DNA of 64,000 nucleotides from Lepidodermella squamata (taxonomy: Eukaryota; Animalia; Gastrotricha), in NCBI GenBank assembly GCA_047495785.1, contig JBLDXI010000034.1, positions 1,116,001-1,180,000 of the forward strand. Reading direction: 5' to 3'. This document shows, in pieces, positions 61,100 through 64,000 of the stretch. The translations under genes were made by a program, and so were the position numbers. The notes under the pieces are model-generated. The model worked only from the letters and a program-made list of their open reading frames with translations, was not told where the DNA came from and ran no database searches. Within the stretch, counting starts at the first letter, position 1. Each line of letters opens with the position of its first letter.

Positions 61100-62856
61100 C
61101 TAAAATGTGGTCGAAGTAACTGCTGGGTTCGTTCCGCCGTATGATTGATTAATACCACTCAGCCCAACAATTTTCACATCCCGGAATTTCAAAATAGCGA
61201 CAACTATAATTATGATAGCCATCAAAGTCTGCAAAAGGCAAAATGCATTCGATTTTATATACGGAAATATCGAACTCACCACAACTGATGCGTTGAAAGC
61301 TAGAAATACGATAAACATGTTGCTGAAGCCGTTGAAGCGTTTCGGCCACAGTTCGTCCAGACAGCCGATTTCGCAGTTTTGGGATCCAGCTAAACAGTCG
61401 AGCCCCGGATAGGTAACAGGGCATGTCCCGTTTTCAGCTGGTCGGATTCCACAGCAATTATATTGGCGATTCGCGTATCGAAGCAAGCCATTGTTGATGT
61501 TGTTATCGATTTCGTACTCGAGGGTGTCTTCAAGGGATTGTTTGCCCATAGCTGCGAGGTAGTAGATTAGGGCTGCCCATGAAGCAGCGAAGTTTGCCGT
61601 CAAAAAGAAGAAAAGCTGAAATAATCGGTATATAAAAATGAAATATATTCTCTATGATTTAATCAGAATTTGCATTTTTACCAATATTCTGGTTAGCTTC
61701 TTCTTGGGAGACTCGTCGACAATGCTTTGATCAATAATGAGAGCGGCTGTATAAGGTATGCGGACAATGCCACTGACGACAAGCAGCACAGTGATAACGA
61801 CAAGCCGCTCGCGGTTCGTTTCGATGTAAGTCGGAATAAATTGCTTCACGATGAAAAAATCATTGTCCAACATAAGCGCAGCTATTATCATCACCATAAG
61901 CCCAAAAAGCTGTCGATAGAAAGTAAAGATGATCATTAATAACGAGATCGATGTCAACTCACAAGTAGAACTAATGGGATAGATGGTACTACCCATTTTC
62001 GAGATTCGTGATGAGACCAGATTCGCCAAAAATACGCTACAGGCTATTCAAATGGGTCAAATATCGGACTCTCATTGATAACTGGAACTTACAAATGAAA
62101 TTGCTAGAATCCAAATCACTACGACAAAGCTTGAATGAAACCCAGCGAACTTATCCTCATAGATAGGACTCAGGCACCCTTTTTGGCATTGCAGCCCCCC
62201 AGCTGGGCATGAAGTAGAATTGAGGCCAGGGTAAGCTTGGTCACATTTCGGTAAATCGTAAACCCCGCAGCATCCGAATTTTTCGTTACCATACTCCAGT
62301 AGAAGAGGTTCTGTAGTGTTAGGATACAGCCCGGCTGCTTCCTGTAACAAGGTTCGTTCCAGCTCAACCTTGCCGGGTTTGATAACCACTAGGAACGCCA
62401 AGGTCCAAACCTCCACGGCTACAAAGCAGTGAAACGTGTAGAAAATCAGCGACATTGCCGTAGGCGCTTTTTTCGTGAAAATTCCGAAGGGTAACGCTAC
62501 GAGGGCGGGTATTTGAAGCGCGGCTATTGTTGTTCCGAAAGCAACCATCGCGTATATGATGTAGTAGTTTGTTGTTGTGAATGTTTCCGAAAAGGCATCA
62601 CGCAGTAGTTGGAAATCAGTGGCGAGGAGCGAAAAGCCTTAAGATACATCGCAAAAATCTTCAGTTTTAATGCATTTGCTAAAACACTCACCGAAAAATG
62701 TAATTGCAGTGAGGGAAAGCTGAGGGTATAGATTTGGCTTATTACGGTCAAGTTTCAAGGGAAATTACATACCCCCACGAAGAATGCCACAGTCATGCCG
62801 AAATAGAATATAATCCATTTCACGCCAAACTTTCCGGGATTAACCAAGTGGGACAT
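61100..62856 (-). CDS. Double tetraspanin D (multi-exon, closest to C)
   Basis: FGCCGVYDLPKC...QKGC and YNCCGIR...IGC loops and eight hydrophobic segments. The first exons (84 and 28 nt) parallel those of gene C. Confidence 0.8.
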
Positions 62857-63542
62857 TTCAGTTGATCAACCTTGGCTCATCGACTAGCTGCGATATTAAG
62901 GAGGTGCAAGTTATTTTTTTCTTTCAACCGGACTCTAATCTTATTTCTTGCTATCTGTGCGTGCTCGGGTTTATCTAGCGATAACGGCCGTGGTCATTTC
63001 GATTAACCACTACCCACGAAAAACTGAATGACCGTGCCAATTTACTTCGCCCACTGATAACGGTGATAACTCACGGTGATGCGCGAACCCTATCGCTATC
63101 CGTTATAGGTTATAGCGACCGACTCATCTAAGCGGCTTCTTTTGCTCTATTTTTCAGTTCTTTTTATCAAATTTGTATAATTTCCACAAAAATGTGGGCA
63201 AAATCTGATTTGTAATTCACCGGCACATATGACGTCAATTGGTGAGGTAAATCGGCGAAAAATAACATGCAAATCGGTAAACAACAATAAGTGAAACGTG
63301 TGTAATCTGGCGAAAATAGTCTGTAAATTCATGAAAAAGCGAATAAATAGCCGCACAACCGCGCTACCGGTCATATGTCTCGCGCGATAACGCGCAGTGA
63401 GGTGAGCTGATGGTCAGTGCGCGCAATGACCAGCGGTCATACCTTATCTTACGCGATTGCGATAAGCCCGCGAAAATACAAATAGCCAGTCATCAGTCGA
63501 TGAACGTTTCACCTTCATGAGCTAACTACTGATATTTCACTG

Positions 63543-64000
63543 ATGGATAAACATTTGATGACTTCACTGCTTCTCCTGCTCTTCTTGCCTGGTAAGCTTC
63601 TCAATTTGAATTTAATTAATGAAAATATTAGTAATTAATTATTTTAATTATGAATATTCAAAATTGTTATTTATAAATTTCAATATATTAATACGAGTCA
63701 CGGCATTCAAACAGCAAAAACGACAACACAACATAAACACAATGCATACTTTACATGGTAATTTTTGCTGTTTTGTCGCGTTTGCTGTTTTGGGTAATTG
63801 CTGTTATGGCTGTCTGCCTATTACGACCAAATATGATTGATCTTTGTTGTTTTATTAGTTTGCCTTGGCTCGCCGTCCTGCATTGATTCGGAAATCATCA
63901 ATATATCAGATGCAGTTGTTATTTCCGAGGACAATCTAACGTCTAATCATTCAACATTTTGTTGGAAATTGCAAGCTGATCCCAGTTCAATAATTCTGTG
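63543..64000 (+). CDS. 5' part of a secreted protein, probably beginning with a CUB domain; exons 63543..63591 and 63859..window end
   Basis: Signal peptide MTSLLLLLFLP|VCLG over a phase-1 intron, then C....I.....VISE......FCWKLQADPSSIIL (CUB-like C.W.I.A pattern). Confidence 0.55.

Overview
Eukaryotic, gene-dense sequence with mostly ~50-nt GT-AG introns; it looks like an invertebrate metazoan, but the species cannot be determined from the window. All gene models were spliced by hand and domain calls are by motif recognition, with no database searches. The window is dominated by tandem families of cell-surface and secreted proteins. (1) Four paralogous Cys-loop pentameric ligand-gated ion channel (pLGIC) genes each carry two LamG/ConA-like (pentraxin-type jelly-roll) domains in front of the ligand-binding domain; three are intact and one is frameshifted. 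(2) Four genes encode 8-TM 'double tetraspanins', two CCG tetraspanin units in one chain. (3) A fifth pLGIC lacks both Cys-loop cysteines and has two micro-exons and a probable GC-AG intron. (4) An intronless kynureninase has altered specificity residues, and a decayed fragment of it lies near the window start. (5) A prolyl 4-hydroxylase sits next to an intact paralog that has lost all three Fe ligands. Also present: two orphan class A-like GPCR paralogs, a partial class C-like GPCR, an EGF/lectin-like gene, a large lectin plus Thr/Pro/His-repeat secreted protein, the start of a CUB-like protein and tRNA-Ala(AGC). Repeats include MULE, CR1-like, RTE-like and RLE-type retroelement relics, MITE-like foldbacks and a 4 x 1154-bp tandem array.
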